From: Polyangiaceae bacterium
GTDB lineage: Bacteria; Myxococcota_A; Polyangia; Polyangiales; Polyangiaceae
Reading direction: 5' to 3'
Assembly (NCBI GenBank): GCA_035549735.1
Contig: DASZQI010000100.1
Coordinates: 77,165 to 141,164, forward strand
DNA: 64,000 nt
Positions 19,566 to 29,340 of the stretch are shown one piece after another. Under the pieces are notes generated by a model. It searched no databases. It saw only the letters and a program-made list of their open reading frames with translations, and was not told where the DNA came from. Position 1 is the first letter of the stretch, and each line of letters starts with the position of its first letter. Made by a program: the position numbers and the translations under genes.

Positions 19566-21473
19566 ATGCGAAACAGGCTCTGGCCCCCTGTTCTGTTGCT
19601 TGGGGCTGCCTGGCTCATCGCGCCCCGGCCGGCACGCGCTGACGCACCGCCCAGCGCACCCGAAGCGAAAAGCGCACCCGCCGCGTTGGTCGAGCTCACC
19701 GACGCCAGCAGCGTGCTCTACAACTTCGACAACCGCGACACCCGGCCCGGCCAGGTGGCGAGCGTCGCCAACGATCGCTGGGGCCTCTTTTACAACCGCT
19801 TCAATCTGCAGGTGACGCGCGGGCACCTCACCCTCAGCCTGCGCGCGGACAACGCCTGGTTTTACACCTCACCCAGTCCCGAATCGCTCGCGAACAGGGT
19901 CGATGGGCACGAAAGCATCAGCGACGCCGCGTTGCGCAGCGCGGTGCACCGCGACAAGCTCGAAGAAGCGGGCATCGAGCTCTCGAACCGCTACATCAAT
20001 TGGCTCTATCCGGCGAAGTACACGGTGTCCTACGGCACGCCGGATCTCGAGCTCGCGCTGGGCGACAGCTACGCGCAGTTCGGGCGCGGCTTCGTGCTCA
20101 GCGTGCGCAAACAGGACGAGCTCTCGAGCGACACCACCGTGCGGGGTGTCCGCGCCGGGGTTCGGCTGCGCGCGGGCAGCGAAGCTCGCATCAAACTCAC
20201 GCTGCTCGGTGGCTCGCTGAACCCGCTGCGCATCGACGAAGCGAGCGGTCGCTACCTGGGCGTCGACTCGAGCGTGACACCGGGCTTCGTCGCCCTGACC
20301 GAAGCCGGCATGCCGCGCGCGGTGGCCACCGACTTCGCGCCCGACGCGACCGATTGCACCCGCTTCGGGACCTGCAGCTACGCGCCCGACCGCCTGATCG
20401 CGGGCCAGCTCGAGCTGTCGCTGTCTCGGGTCACGCTCGGCTCGCAAGCCAGCGTGCTGTTTCGAAGCGCCACGCTGGGCTCGGACGTGGTGCGCACGGC
20501 CGATCGCATCACCACCGCCAGTCAGTCGTTCGACGTGCCGAGCCTCGGCGAACACGGCTCCGCCTACCTCGAAACCGCGCTGCAGCAGCTCAGTCACCAG
20601 GGCGAGAACGAGCCGTCGCTGCCCCTCGGTTACGCCCTGTACGGCACCGCGAGCTGGGTGGACTCGCGCTTCTCGCTGCTCGCCGAAGGCAAACATTATC
20701 GAGGCTTCTTCCCGCTCTCCGCGAACGTGAGCAGCGCTCGCGCGCGCGAGTTCTCGCTGCTTCAATACAGCGCGCCGCCAACGGCCGAGGAGCTCTGGGT
20801 CGACACCGAGTTCGGCAATTTCAACACCTGCGTCAGCGGTGGCCGCGTGAAGGCCGAAGGGCATGTGAGCCGCGCGCACTCGGTGTTCGCGTGGGCCGGG
20901 CACTATCGCAGCTTCGCCGAGTCAGCCAGCAACGACGCTTGCGACACTTCGTCTCGCAACGAAAATCGCATCTGGGATTTGGCAGTGGGCTTCGACGCGC
21001 GCCCCTCCGGCCGGCGCGCACGCTGGGACGTGACCACGGGCACGCGCTTCGACGACAGCGAGCGCTCGGTCGCCGGCCCCGACGGCCCAACGCACGCTTT
21101 TTATCGCGAGCTCTACGTGCGCTACGACGTGAGCGAGCCGATTTCCTCCGAATTCACGCTGGAACTGCAAGGCGTACACCGCCGGCGGCGCGAAACGGTG
21201 GGCGGCCCCGCCGAACCTTGGCTCGAGGGGCAGCATTCCACGGGCATTGATTGGGGCGAGCGCCTGAGCGTGGCGCTTGGCGTCGAATACGACAGCCGCC
21301 CGGACGTCCCGCACGGTTATTTGAACGGGATGCTCGCGTACCGTCCGTCGAATGCGCTGAGCCTGTCGCTCTTCGCCGGTCAGCGCCGCGGCGCACTACG
21401 CTGCGTCGGCGGGGTGTGCCGAATTTACCCGCCATTCGAAGGCTTGCGCCTCGACGCAACCCTTCGCTATTGA
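19566..21473 (+). CDS. DUF6029-like outer-membrane beta-barrel protein with C-terminal CVGGVC motif
   Basis: Signal peptide ending ARA; GDSYAQFGRGFVLSVRK.DEL..DTTVRG; C-terminal GQRRGALRCVGGVCRIYPPFEG...TLRY. Family recognised from memory. Confidence 0.65.
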   Translation: MRNRLWPPVLLLGAAWLIAPRPARADAPPSAPEAKSAPAALVELTDASSVLYNFDNRDTRPGQVASVANDRWGLFYNRFNLQVTRGHLTLSLRADNAWFYTSPSPESLANRVDGHESISDAALRSAVHRDKLEEAGIELSNRYINWLYPAKYTVSYGTPDLELALGDSYAQFGRGFVLSVRKQDELSSDTTVRGVRAGVRLRAGSEARIKLTLLGGSLNPLRIDEASGRYLGVDSSVTPGFVALTEAGMPRAVATDFAPDATDCTRFGTCSYAPDRLIAGQLELSLSRVTLGSQASVLFRSATLGSDVVRTADRITTASQSFDVPSLGEHGSAYLETALQQLSHQGENEPSLPLGYALYGTASWVDSRFSLLAEGKHYRGFFPLSANVSSARAREFSLLQYSAPPTAEELWVDTEFGNFNTCVSGGRVKAEGHVSRAHSVFAWAGHYRSFAESASNDACDTSSRNENRIWDLAVGFDARPSGRRARWDVTTGTRFDDSERSVAGPDGPTHAFYRELYVRYDVSEPISSEFTLELQGVHRRRRETVGGPAEPWLEGQHSTGIDWGERLSVALGVEYDSRPDVPHGYLNGMLAYRPSNALSLSLFAGQRRGALRCVGGVCRIYPPFEGLRLDATLRY

Positions 21474-21486
21474 AAACGGCCTCCGC

Positions 21487-24186
21487 ATGAGCCCCCGCAC
21501 TCCCCTCCGCGAACGCATCTGCCTCGACCGCGGCTGGCGCTTCGCATTTGGCCACGCCTACGACAGCGCGCAGGATTTCGGCCACGGCACGGGCTACTTT
21601 TCCTATTTGGCCAAGGCCGGCTACGGCGATGGCCCCGCGCGCGCCGATTTCGACGATCGCGCGTTCCGCGAGCTCGATGTGCCTCACGACTGGGCCGTCG
21701 AACTGCCCTTCGCCGCAAACGGCAGCCATAGCCACGGCTACAAGGCGCTCGGGCGAAATTTCCCGGAGACCAGCGTCGGCTGGTACCGCAAGCGAATCTT
21801 CATCCCCGAGGCTGATCTTGGCCGGCGCATCAGCGTCGAGTTCGAGGGCGTGTTCCGAAACTCGGACGTATTCGTGAACGGCTTCTTTCTCGGCCGCGAG
21901 CCCAGCGGCTACGCCGGCTTCGAATACGATCTCAGCGACTACTTGAACTATGGAGCCGACAATTTCCTGGTCGTTCGCGTCGATGCGACCGTGGAAGAAG
22001 GCTGGTTCTACGAGGGCGCGGGCATCTATCGCCACGTCTGGCTGCACAAGACCGCGCCGCTCCATGTCGCGCCCAACGGCACCTTCGTCACCACCGAGAT
22101 CGCGGGGCGCTCCGCCAAGGTCAGTGTGCTGACCAGCATTCGCAACCAAGGGCCAGCGGCTGCGCCCTGCCTGGTCGAACACGTCGTGCTCGACCCTCAC
22201 GGGCGAGCGCTGGCGAAGACCGAAACACGGTCGCCCGGCAGTGAACCAGGCGACACGCTGACGCTGAGCGCAGAGCTCTCGCTCGAGGCGCCCGAGCTTT
22301 GGTCGCTGGAGACGCCCGCGCTGCACACGCTGATAACCCGGGTGCTCACCCAGGGCTCCGAGGTCGACGAAGTCGAAACCCGGTTCGGAATCCGCTCGCT
22401 GCGTTTCGACGCCAATCACGGCTTTTTTCTGAACGAACAGCACGTGCTGCTCAAGGGCACCAACAATCACCAGGACCACGCCGGGGTCGGCTGCGCGCTG
22501 CCCGACTCACTTCAAGATTTCCGGATTCTCGCGCTCAAAGCCATGGGCAGCAACGCCTATCGCTGCTCACACAACCCGCCGACCAAGGCGCTGCTCGACG
22601 CGTGCGACCGCCTCGGCATGCTGGTGATCGACGAGACGCGCTCGATGGGTTCGAGCCCGAGCCAGCTCAGCGAGCTCGAGCGGATGATCGCGCGTGACCG
22701 CAATCACCCGAGCGTGATTCTCTGGTCGCTGGGCAACGAGGAATGGGCAATCGAGGGCGACGTGAAGGGCGCTCGCATTGCCCGCACTATGCACGCCGCA
22801 GCGCGCCGTCTCGATCCGACGCGCCGGACGACCGTGGCCATCAGCGGCGGTTGGGGTCGGGGCATTTCGACCGTGGCCGACGTGATGGGCTATAACTACA
22901 TCGCGCACGGCAGCACCGATCGGCAGCACGCCGATTTCCCGGAGCAGCCCGGGGTCGGCACCGAGGAAACCACCACGCAAGGCACACGCGGCGTGTACGT
23001 CACCTGCGCCGAACGCGCGCACTCCGCGCCAGTCGCCGAGGGCAGCTCGGGCGGCAACGCCGAAATCGGCTGGAAGCACTACGCGGCGCGGCCGTACCTC
23101 GCCGGCATCTTCTTTTGGACCGGCTTCGACTACCGCGGGGAGTCGAACCCGTACTGCTTTCCGGCCGTCAGCTCTCAATTCGGCATTCTCGATACCTGCG
23201 GCTTCCCGAAAGACGGCTTTTACTACTTGAAGTCGTGGTGGAGCGACGAGCCGACGCTGCACGTGTTTCCACATTGGAACTGGCCGGGGCGCGAGGGCGA
23301 GCGCATCGAGGTGTGGGCATTCAGCAACGCGGAGGAGGTCGAGCTCTGGCTGAACGGACAGAGCCAGGGCCGCAAGTCGGTCGAGCCGAACGGGCACGTC
23401 GAATGGCAAGTCGGCTATCAACCCGGAGAGTTATTGGCGCGCGCATTCAAACGAGGTCGCGAAATCGCGACCCAGCGCGTGGCAACCACGGGCAGCCCGA
23501 GCCAGCTCCGGCTGAGCGCCAATCGCACGCGGTTCCGCGCCGATGCCGCGGACACCTTCGTGGTCGGCGTCTCCGCGCTCGATGACCAGGGTCAGGCAGT
23601 GCCGACCGCGGACAATCTGGTCGAATTCGCAATTTCCGGCCCGGGTCGCATCCTGGGCGTCGGCAACGGCGACCCTTCGTGTCACGAGCCCGATCGCTAT
23701 CTGCCAGCGCTCCACGTGCTTGAGCTCGGGCCATTTGCCGAGCAAGCCGTTGCCGAGGCTCGTCGCGAGTTTCGAGTGCGCTTCGAGTCCCCGGCGCTCG
23801 AACCGGGCTCCAGCGTGCGCCTCTTGCTCCGCCATTTCGGCGCGCAGCAAAGCGTGTCACTCGACGGCCAGCTGCTCGCTTCGTTCGAACAAGAGGGCGC
23901 ACGCGAGCTGCCGGAGATTGCGCTTTCCGAGCAGCAGTTGCCTGCCGGGGTGCACGAGCTACTGGTGGTTGCGAGCGCTTACCGCGACGACAAAACGCGC
24001 GAGCGCGCAGAGCTCGTGCCGGCAGCGCGGCTACGCATCGACGGCCCGCCGCCGGTCTGGAAGCGCTCTCTGTTCAACGGCCTCTTGCAGGTCATCGTTC
24101 AGTCGAGCGGGGAGCCCGGCGCGGTGACGCTGCGCGCGACATCGACCGGCCTTCGCAGCGGCGAGGTCAGCGCGCACGCCGGGTGA
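21487..24186 (+). CDS. Glycoside hydrolase family 2 (beta-galactosidase-like), no signal peptide
   Basis: VPHDWA, FEGVF, GIYRHVWL, KGTNNHQDHAGVG, NAYRCSHNP, RDRNHPSVILWSLGNEE, FFWTGFDYRGE. Confidence 0.93.
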   Translation: MSPRTPLRERICLDRGWRFAFGHAYDSAQDFGHGTGYFSYLAKAGYGDGPARADFDDRAFRELDVPHDWAVELPFAANGSHSHGYKALGRNFPETSVGWYRKRIFIPEADLGRRISVEFEGVFRNSDVFVNGFFLGREPSGYAGFEYDLSDYLNYGADNFLVVRVDATVEEGWFYEGAGIYRHVWLHKTAPLHVAPNGTFVTTEIAGRSAKVSVLTSIRNQGPAAAPCLVEHVVLDPHGRALAKTETRSPGSEPGDTLTLSAELSLEAPELWSLETPALHTLITRVLTQGSEVDEVETRFGIRSLRFDANHGFFLNEQHVLLKGTNNHQDHAGVGCALPDSLQDFRILALKAMGSNAYRCSHNPPTKALLDACDRLGMLVIDETRSMGSSPSQLSELERMIARDRNHPSVILWSLGNEEWAIEGDVKGARIARTMHAAARRLDPTRRTTVAISGGWGRGISTVADVMGYNYIAHGSTDRQHADFPEQPGVGTEETTTQGTRGVYVTCAERAHSAPVAEGSSGGNAEIGWKHYAARPYLAGIFFWTGFDYRGESNPYCFPAVSSQFGILDTCGFPKDGFYYLKSWWSDEPTLHVFPHWNWPGREGERIEVWAFSNAEEVELWLNGQSQGRKSVEPNGHVEWQVGYQPGELLARAFKRGREIATQRVATTGSPSQLRLSANRTRFRADAADTFVVGVSALDDQGQAVPTADNLVEFAISGPGRILGVGNGDPSCHEPDRYLPALHVLELGPFAEQAVAEARREFRVRFESPALEPGSSVRLLLRHFGAQQSVSLDGQLLASFEQEGARELPEIALSEQQLPAGVHELLVVASAYRDDKTRERAELVPAARLRIDGPPPVWKRSLFNGLLQVIVQSSGEPGAVTLRATSTGLRSGEVSAHAG

Positions 24187-24209
24187 GCGGGGCGCCGGCA
24201 ACCAGCGAC

Positions 24210-24752
24210 TCAGCGCAGCGCGGCCTGAATCTCGCGCTCGAGGGTATTTTCCACGCCGCCCGCGTAGCCCTCGCGGCGCGTGAGCACTCGACCGTCTTTG
24301 CCGATCAGCACGCTGAACGGCGCGCTCGTCTTCGGATTGTAAAGCGCCACCACACGCGTCTCTTGATCGAGCAAGATCGGAAACGAAATGCCGAGCTTTT
24401 GCACGTCAGAGCGCACCGAGAGCAACGAGTCCGGACCGTCGATCGAAACGCCCAACACCAGAAAGCCCTGCGCCTTGTACTTGGCGTAGAGCGCCTGAAG
24501 CTCCGGCATCGCGCGCAGGCAGGGCTCGCAATAAGTGGCCCAAAAGTCGATCAGCACCACCTGTTTGCCGAGGTGCTCGGAGAGCCGCACGCTCGAGCCG
24601 TCCAGCGCGCGCAGCTCGAAATCCGGGGGCCTGGCCTGGCTCGCAGCATTAGCGGGAGACTCGGCCGCAGTGCCGCGGGCCTCTGGTGCACAGCCTGCGC
24701 CGAGCGCGCCGAGCAAGGCCGCGGCCGCTATCCGATCGCGCCGTCGCATCAC
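24210..24752 (-). CDS. TlpA-family thiol:disulfide oxidoreductase lipoprotein (CEPC)
   Basis: Lipobox LGAGC; LIDFWATYCEPC; GVSIDGP; APFSVLI; overlaps the stop of the upstream redoxin. Confidence 0.9.
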   Translation of the reverse strand: MMRRRDRIAAAALLGALGAGCAPEARGTAAESPANAASQARPPDFELRALDGSSVRLSEHLGKQVVLIDFWATYCEPCLRAMPELQALYAKYKAQGFLVLGVSIDGPDSLLSVRSDVQKLGISFPILLDQETRVVALYNPKTSAPFSVLIGKDGRVLTRREGYAGGVENTLEREIQAALR

Positions 24753-25474
24753 AAGAGCGAGTCGATGTACTGCCAGTACTTTTCCGGCGTGCGGCTGTCG
24801 TAACCCATGGTGACGTCGATGATGCGCATCGTGGTGGCGTCGATCAGCATGTTCATCGGCGTGGCGTCCGAATCGAAATAGACGCCGACCTTGAAGCCAG
24901 GGTCGACCACCAAGGGGAACGGCACGCTGAAGCCGTCGTTGCTGCCCCAGACCACCAGGTCGGTCGGTTTGGCAGGGTTATATTTGGCGTCCTCGAAGAT
25001 CACGCCCAGGATTTCGACGCCCTTCGGTCGATAGGTCGAGTAAACGCTCGAGTCCCGCATGTGCTTGTACTCGGCCTTGCACACCGAGCACCACACCGCC
25101 GAGGCGTTCAGCATGATCACGTGCACGTCGTTGGTGGTGCCGTTCGGGTTGTAGAAATCCGAAAGGCTGATGCGCTCGAGCTTGGTCGGGTCGTAGCCGG
25201 CCTTCGCCGGGTCGCGCCAACCGAGGAAGCTGAGGTTCGCGATCACGGCGCCCACACCGCGACCGTAGGGGCCTTCGGGATAGACTGCGCGCGGGGCGGT
25301 GCCGACCGAGGTGCCGGGGCTACCAGCAGCCGCCGCACCGCCAGCAGCCGGGCTGCCGCCGGTATCAGAGGGCTGACCTGGAGCGCCACCCGACGCCGCC
25401 TGGAGTGCGTCGCTGGAGCAGCCTGTCACTGCCAAGCCGAGAACACCGACCAATTTGCAGAAGGTTCGGATCAT
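24749..25474 (-). CDS. Thioredoxin-fold (redoxin) lipoprotein (CSVC), paralog of 17045..17722
   Basis: Lipobox AVTGC; YPEGPYG...NLSFLGWR.P; NASAVWCSVC; TPMNMLIDATTM. Confidence 0.85.
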   Translation of the reverse strand: MIRTFCKLVGVLGLAVTGCSSDALQAASGGAPGQPSDTGGSPAAGGAAAAGSPGTSVGTAPRAVYPEGPYGRGVGAVIANLSFLGWRDPAKAGYDPTKLERISLSDFYNPNGTTNDVHVIMLNASAVWCSVCKAEYKHMRDSSVYSTYRPKGVEILGVIFEDAKYNPAKPTDLVVWGSNDGFSVPFPLVVDPGFKVGVYFDSDATPMNMLIDATTMRIIDVTMGYDSRTPEKYWQYIDSLL

Positions 25475-25543
25475 GTCGCCGCCTGTGCGAGGTAGTATGC
25501 ACCAATACAAGCGCGGTCGACACCCGCCGCCGTCCTTTCAACC

Positions 25544-26824
25544 ATGAAAATTGCGATTTTACTCGGTCGGCCGCTGCTCTCCGCACTGCTCTTCGGAGCC
25601 ACGCTCGGCCTCGCCGCGGAGGGCTGCAGTGAAGGCGGCGGCGGCAAAGGCTCGGGCCTGTCGTGCGTCGAAGCCAATTGTGACGCGGGTTTACGCTGTG
25701 TTCAGGACGCCTGCCGACCCGAATGCAAAACCCAGAGCGACTGCCCCGTCGGACAGAACTGCGCGGGCTGGGGTTTCGAAGACGGTACGCAAGGAAATTT
25801 CTGCGTCGTGCTCGACTACGCCAAGGACGGGCGCACCGGGCAGTTCGAAGCCTGCAAGAAGGACGATGAATGCGACGCGCTGCGCGGCTTCACCTGCCTC
25901 GACGGTGAGTGCAGCGTGCGCTGCGATTCGCACTTCGATTGCGCCAGCGTCGGCCTGTGTGAACCGTCGGGCACAGTCAACACCTGCAAGGTGGGGACCG
26001 CGGCCAAGGTCGGCCAGTATTACCAACACTGCCCCGGTGGCGATCCGGACTGCGACACCGCTGCGGGCTTCACTTGTCAGAGCGCCGGCCTCGCCGACTT
26101 GGACTCGTACTGCAGCACCGACTGCACCGACGACAGCGAATGTCCGAGCGGCTTCCGCTGCGGCACCACCAGCGCCACGCCTTGCATGGACGCCTGCGGC
26201 GTGGTCGGCTCGAACGGCGCGAAGTGCGTCGCCGCGGCAAAGATCGGCCCAGGCAAGGCGTACGAGTGCGTACAACCCTTCGGCCTGATCCATCACATCT
26301 GCGAGCGGCGCCAGTTCTGCAGTCCGTGCGAGACCGACGCGGATTGCCTGGGCGTACCCGGACAAATCTGTGCTCGCGATCAGAGCGGCGAGAAAATCTG
26401 CACGCAAGCTTGCGATCCATCGGTCGACTCCTGTCCGTGGGGCAACGCCTCGGAATGCGGCGAATGGGACAGCTCACTCGGGTTCGCCACCTGCGCGCAT
26501 CGCTTCGGTTCGTGCCGCGGCACCGGGAAGGGCTGCGAGCCCTGCGTCGACACGACCGATTGCGCGCCGACCGGCTTCTGCTCGCGCGCGTCGTTTACCG
26601 GCGAGCAGTTTTGTATCGACCTCAGTGTGGAGTGCGTGTGCGGCGCCGACGCGGTCAATGACACCTGCACCGGGCACGGTTGCCCGGACACCCCGGGGGG
26701 CATTGCGATGACCTGTTACGCCGGCACCCGCTACGCCGGCGATCCGATCACCAACCGCTGCATCGGCGCGAGCAGCCTGAGTAGCGCGCTCGCCTCCCCC
26801 CAATCCGGTTGCTGGAAGCGCTGA
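25544..26824 (+). CDS. Cysteine-rich lipoprotein
   Basis: Lipobox-like AEGC; 51 Cys in 426 aa by hand count; repeated C..D.DC motifs. Confidence 0.85.
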   Translation: MKIAILLGRPLLSALLFGATLGLAAEGCSEGGGGKGSGLSCVEANCDAGLRCVQDACRPECKTQSDCPVGQNCAGWGFEDGTQGNFCVVLDYAKDGRTGQFEACKKDDECDALRGFTCLDGECSVRCDSHFDCASVGLCEPSGTVNTCKVGTAAKVGQYYQHCPGGDPDCDTAAGFTCQSAGLADLDSYCSTDCTDDSECPSGFRCGTTSATPCMDACGVVGSNGAKCVAAAKIGPGKAYECVQPFGLIHHICERRQFCSPCETDADCLGVPGQICARDQSGEKICTQACDPSVDSCPWGNASECGEWDSSLGFATCAHRFGSCRGTGKGCEPCVDTTDCAPTGFCSRASFTGEQFCIDLSVECVCGADAVNDTCTGHGCPDTPGGIAMTCYAGTRYAGDPITNRCIGASSLSSALASPQSGCWKR

Positions 26825-26939
26825 ATCAACTGCGGGCACGGGGTGATGCGCCCCCAAGACAGCGATTTCCAGTGCCCGCGCATGACCATTGCCGCCACTG
26901 CTAAAGGCTCGGCCCGAGCTGCCGTTTTGTCTAACGGTA

Positions 26940-28175
26940 ATGTCTGCTCCGCTCGCCCAAACCGAGCCCAAAGTCCTGGACGGGAAGTACGCGCTGCTGC
27001 GCGAGCTTGGTTCGGGTGGTGCCGGTACCGTGTACGAAGCCGAGCACCTGGTGATGGGCAAGCGGGTGGCGGTGAAGCTGCTCAACGCGGGCGCGGCTCA
27101 GGCGCCCGACGCGCGTGCCAGAGTGGTCGCCGAGGCGCGCGCGGCGGCGCGCATCGCTCATGCCAACGTGGTCGACATTCACGACCTCGGGATCAGTGCA
27201 GAAGGCACCCCGTACCTGGTCATGGAGCTGCTCGAAGGCGAAACCCTGGCCGAGCTCGTCGCGCGCGGCCCACTCACACCGAGCCACGCCTGCGAGCTGG
27301 TCACGCAAATGCTCGCGGGGCTCTCGGCGGCGCACCGCAAAGGGATCATTCACTGCGATCTGAAGCCCGCGAACGTGATGGTCACCCACCCGGGCCCGGA
27401 CCGACCGCTGGTCAAGGTGCTCGACTTCGGCGTGGCCCGGCCGGTGCTCGAGAGCGCAACGCAGGAATCGACCGTCGCGCTCGGAACGCCCATGTACATG
27501 GCGCCCGAGCAGGTGTGCGGGCAACCGGTCGACGAGCGCACCGACGTCTACGCGGCCTGCGCCATCCTGTACGTGCTGCTCACTGGCTGCGACCCCTTCA
27601 CGGGCAAGACCACGCCCAAGATCATGGAACAAGTGGCGCGCGGCGAGCTGCGTCCGGTGCTCGAGGCAAAGCCCGGGCTTTCGCCGGAGCTCGCGCAAAT
27701 CGTCGAACACGGCATGCGCCGCAAGCGCAAGGAGCGCATCGGTAGCGCCGAGGAGCTCGCCGAACAGCTCGCTCGCTTCATCACCGAAAGCGGCGCGCAC
27801 GCGCTCGGGTCCAGGGTGCGCGGGCGCTCGGAGCAGACGATCTCGCTGCGCTCACCGGAGCGCGCGTTGTTGAAGCGCGACGTCTCGAAGCCGCCCGAAG
27901 CGTCACTGCTACGGCTTCAGGTGTCGCCGCGCATCATCACCGACTCCATTCTGGTTTCACCGCGGCTGCCGAAGGCGCCGGCTGCGCCGAACCTCGAGAT
28001 GGGGCGCGACTTCATGCCCATGCTGGACGACCCTGCGCGCAACCAGCACATGGAGCAGCGCACCCGCTCGACGCAGGTGCCGAACCGCGGCCTGGGCTCG
28101 ATTCCCGCGGTGATCGCCATGGTGGTTGGCTTTGGGGCAGGCGTCATCTTGGCCTGGGCTGCTGGCTTGATTTGA
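26940..28175 (+). CDS. Ser/Thr protein kinase with C-terminal TM anchor (HCD catalytic loop)
   Basis: LGSGGAGTVY, VAVK, HCDLKPAN, DFG, GTPMYMAPE. Confidence 0.92.
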   Translation: MSAPLAQTEPKVLDGKYALLRELGSGGAGTVYEAEHLVMGKRVAVKLLNAGAAQAPDARARVVAEARAAARIAHANVVDIHDLGISAEGTPYLVMELLEGETLAELVARGPLTPSHACELVTQMLAGLSAAHRKGIIHCDLKPANVMVTHPGPDRPLVKVLDFGVARPVLESATQESTVALGTPMYMAPEQVCGQPVDERTDVYAACAILYVLLTGCDPFTGKTTPKIMEQVARGELRPVLEAKPGLSPELAQIVEHGMRRKRKERIGSAEELAEQLARFITESGAHALGSRVRGRSEQTISLRSPERALLKRDVSKPPEASLLRLQVSPRIITDSILVSPRLPKAPAAPNLEMGRDFMPMLDDPARNQHMEQRTRSTQVPNRGLGSIPAVIAMVVGFGAGVILAWAAGLI

Positions 28176-28206
28176 CAGCTGGTTCGGCAGGGCCTAGTGC
28201 CCGGCC

Positions 28207-29079
28207 ATGACCGAGCTCGTCATTCCCAGCCGAACCATTGCGTCCGACGACCCCGTCCCGGAGGTCAAGAACGTCGTATTGGTGATGAGCGGCAAGGGTG
28301 GTGTCGGCAAGAGCACGGTCGCGACCAACCTCGCGCTCGCGCTTTCGCGCATGGGCACGCGGGTCGGGCTGCTGGACGCTGACATCTACGGGCCCAGCAT
28401 CCCCACCATGCTCGGCATCTCGGGGCGACCGAACAGCGACGGCCAGCGCATCACCCCGCTCGAACGCTTCGGCGTGAAGTTGATGAGCATCGGGTTTCTG
28501 CTCGAAGACGAAAAGTCTGCGGTCGTCTGGCGCGGTCCCATGCTCCACGGCGCTCTGCTTCAGTTTTTGAAAGACGTGGCGTGGGGCCCGCTCGATTTCC
28601 TGCTGCTCGATCTGCCGCCAGGCACGGGTGACATCGCGCTCACGCTTTCGCAAAAGGTGCGCGCCTCGGGCGCGGTGATCGTCACCTCCCCGCAAGAGGT
28701 GGCGCTGCAGGACGTCTACAAGTCGGTCTCGATGTGCCAGAAGGTCGGCATCCCGATTCTCGGCGTGGTCGAGAACTTCAGCTATTTCGTGTGTGACGGA
28801 TGCGAGAAGCGGCACGAGCTGTTCGGCGCCGGGGGCGGGCAGAAAATTGCGGAGTACTCACAAGCGCCGCTGCTCGGGCAAATCCCGTTGACCCCCACCG
28901 TCCGCGAATGGGGTGACGCCGGCACGCCCGTGGTTCAGGCCTCGCCGGGCTCACCCGCGGCGCGCGCGTTCGTGGAAGTTGCGGAACGATTGGTCGAAAG
29001 CTTGCGGGCGCAAGAGGGCGGCGTGGTCAGCATCGATCGCAGCGGCGGACAAAATAAGCACCTGCCGATCGCACGCTGA
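28207..29079 (+). CDS. mrp: Mrp/NBP35 (ApbC) Fe-S cluster carrier ATPase
   Basis: SGKGGVGKST, DADIYGPS, WRGPM, DLPPGTGD, ENFSYFVCDGC. Confidence 0.95.
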   Translation: MTELVIPSRTIASDDPVPEVKNVVLVMSGKGGVGKSTVATNLALALSRMGTRVGLLDADIYGPSIPTMLGISGRPNSDGQRITPLERFGVKLMSIGFLLEDEKSAVVWRGPMLHGALLQFLKDVAWGPLDFLLLDLPPGTGDIALTLSQKVRASGAVIVTSPQEVALQDVYKSVSMCQKVGIPILGVVENFSYFVCDGCEKRHELFGAGGGQKIAEYSQAPLLGQIPLTPTVREWGDAGTPVVQASPGSPAARAFVEVAERLVESLRAQEGGVVSIDRSGGQNKHLPIAR

Positions 29080-29340
29080 GTGCGCGCGCCCCCAGTTTTG
29101 GCGCACGCGCGCTGCCCGCGAATGTGCCCAAAACCAGCCCGTCGGGGTGACTTTGTCTTTCCAAACTGGCGGCGCGCCGTCCGACCACGCTGGACAAACG
29201 GCCACTGGCTCGACACGCGCAACAGATCTCGCGCGCGGGCACGCGCCAAGGTCCCCGGTCCGTGCTAGGGGGAGACCGCGAATGCGCTGCCAGTGCGGGT
29301 TCCCTTTCCCGTCCAGGCGCGTTATAGGCGAGGCGTCCGC

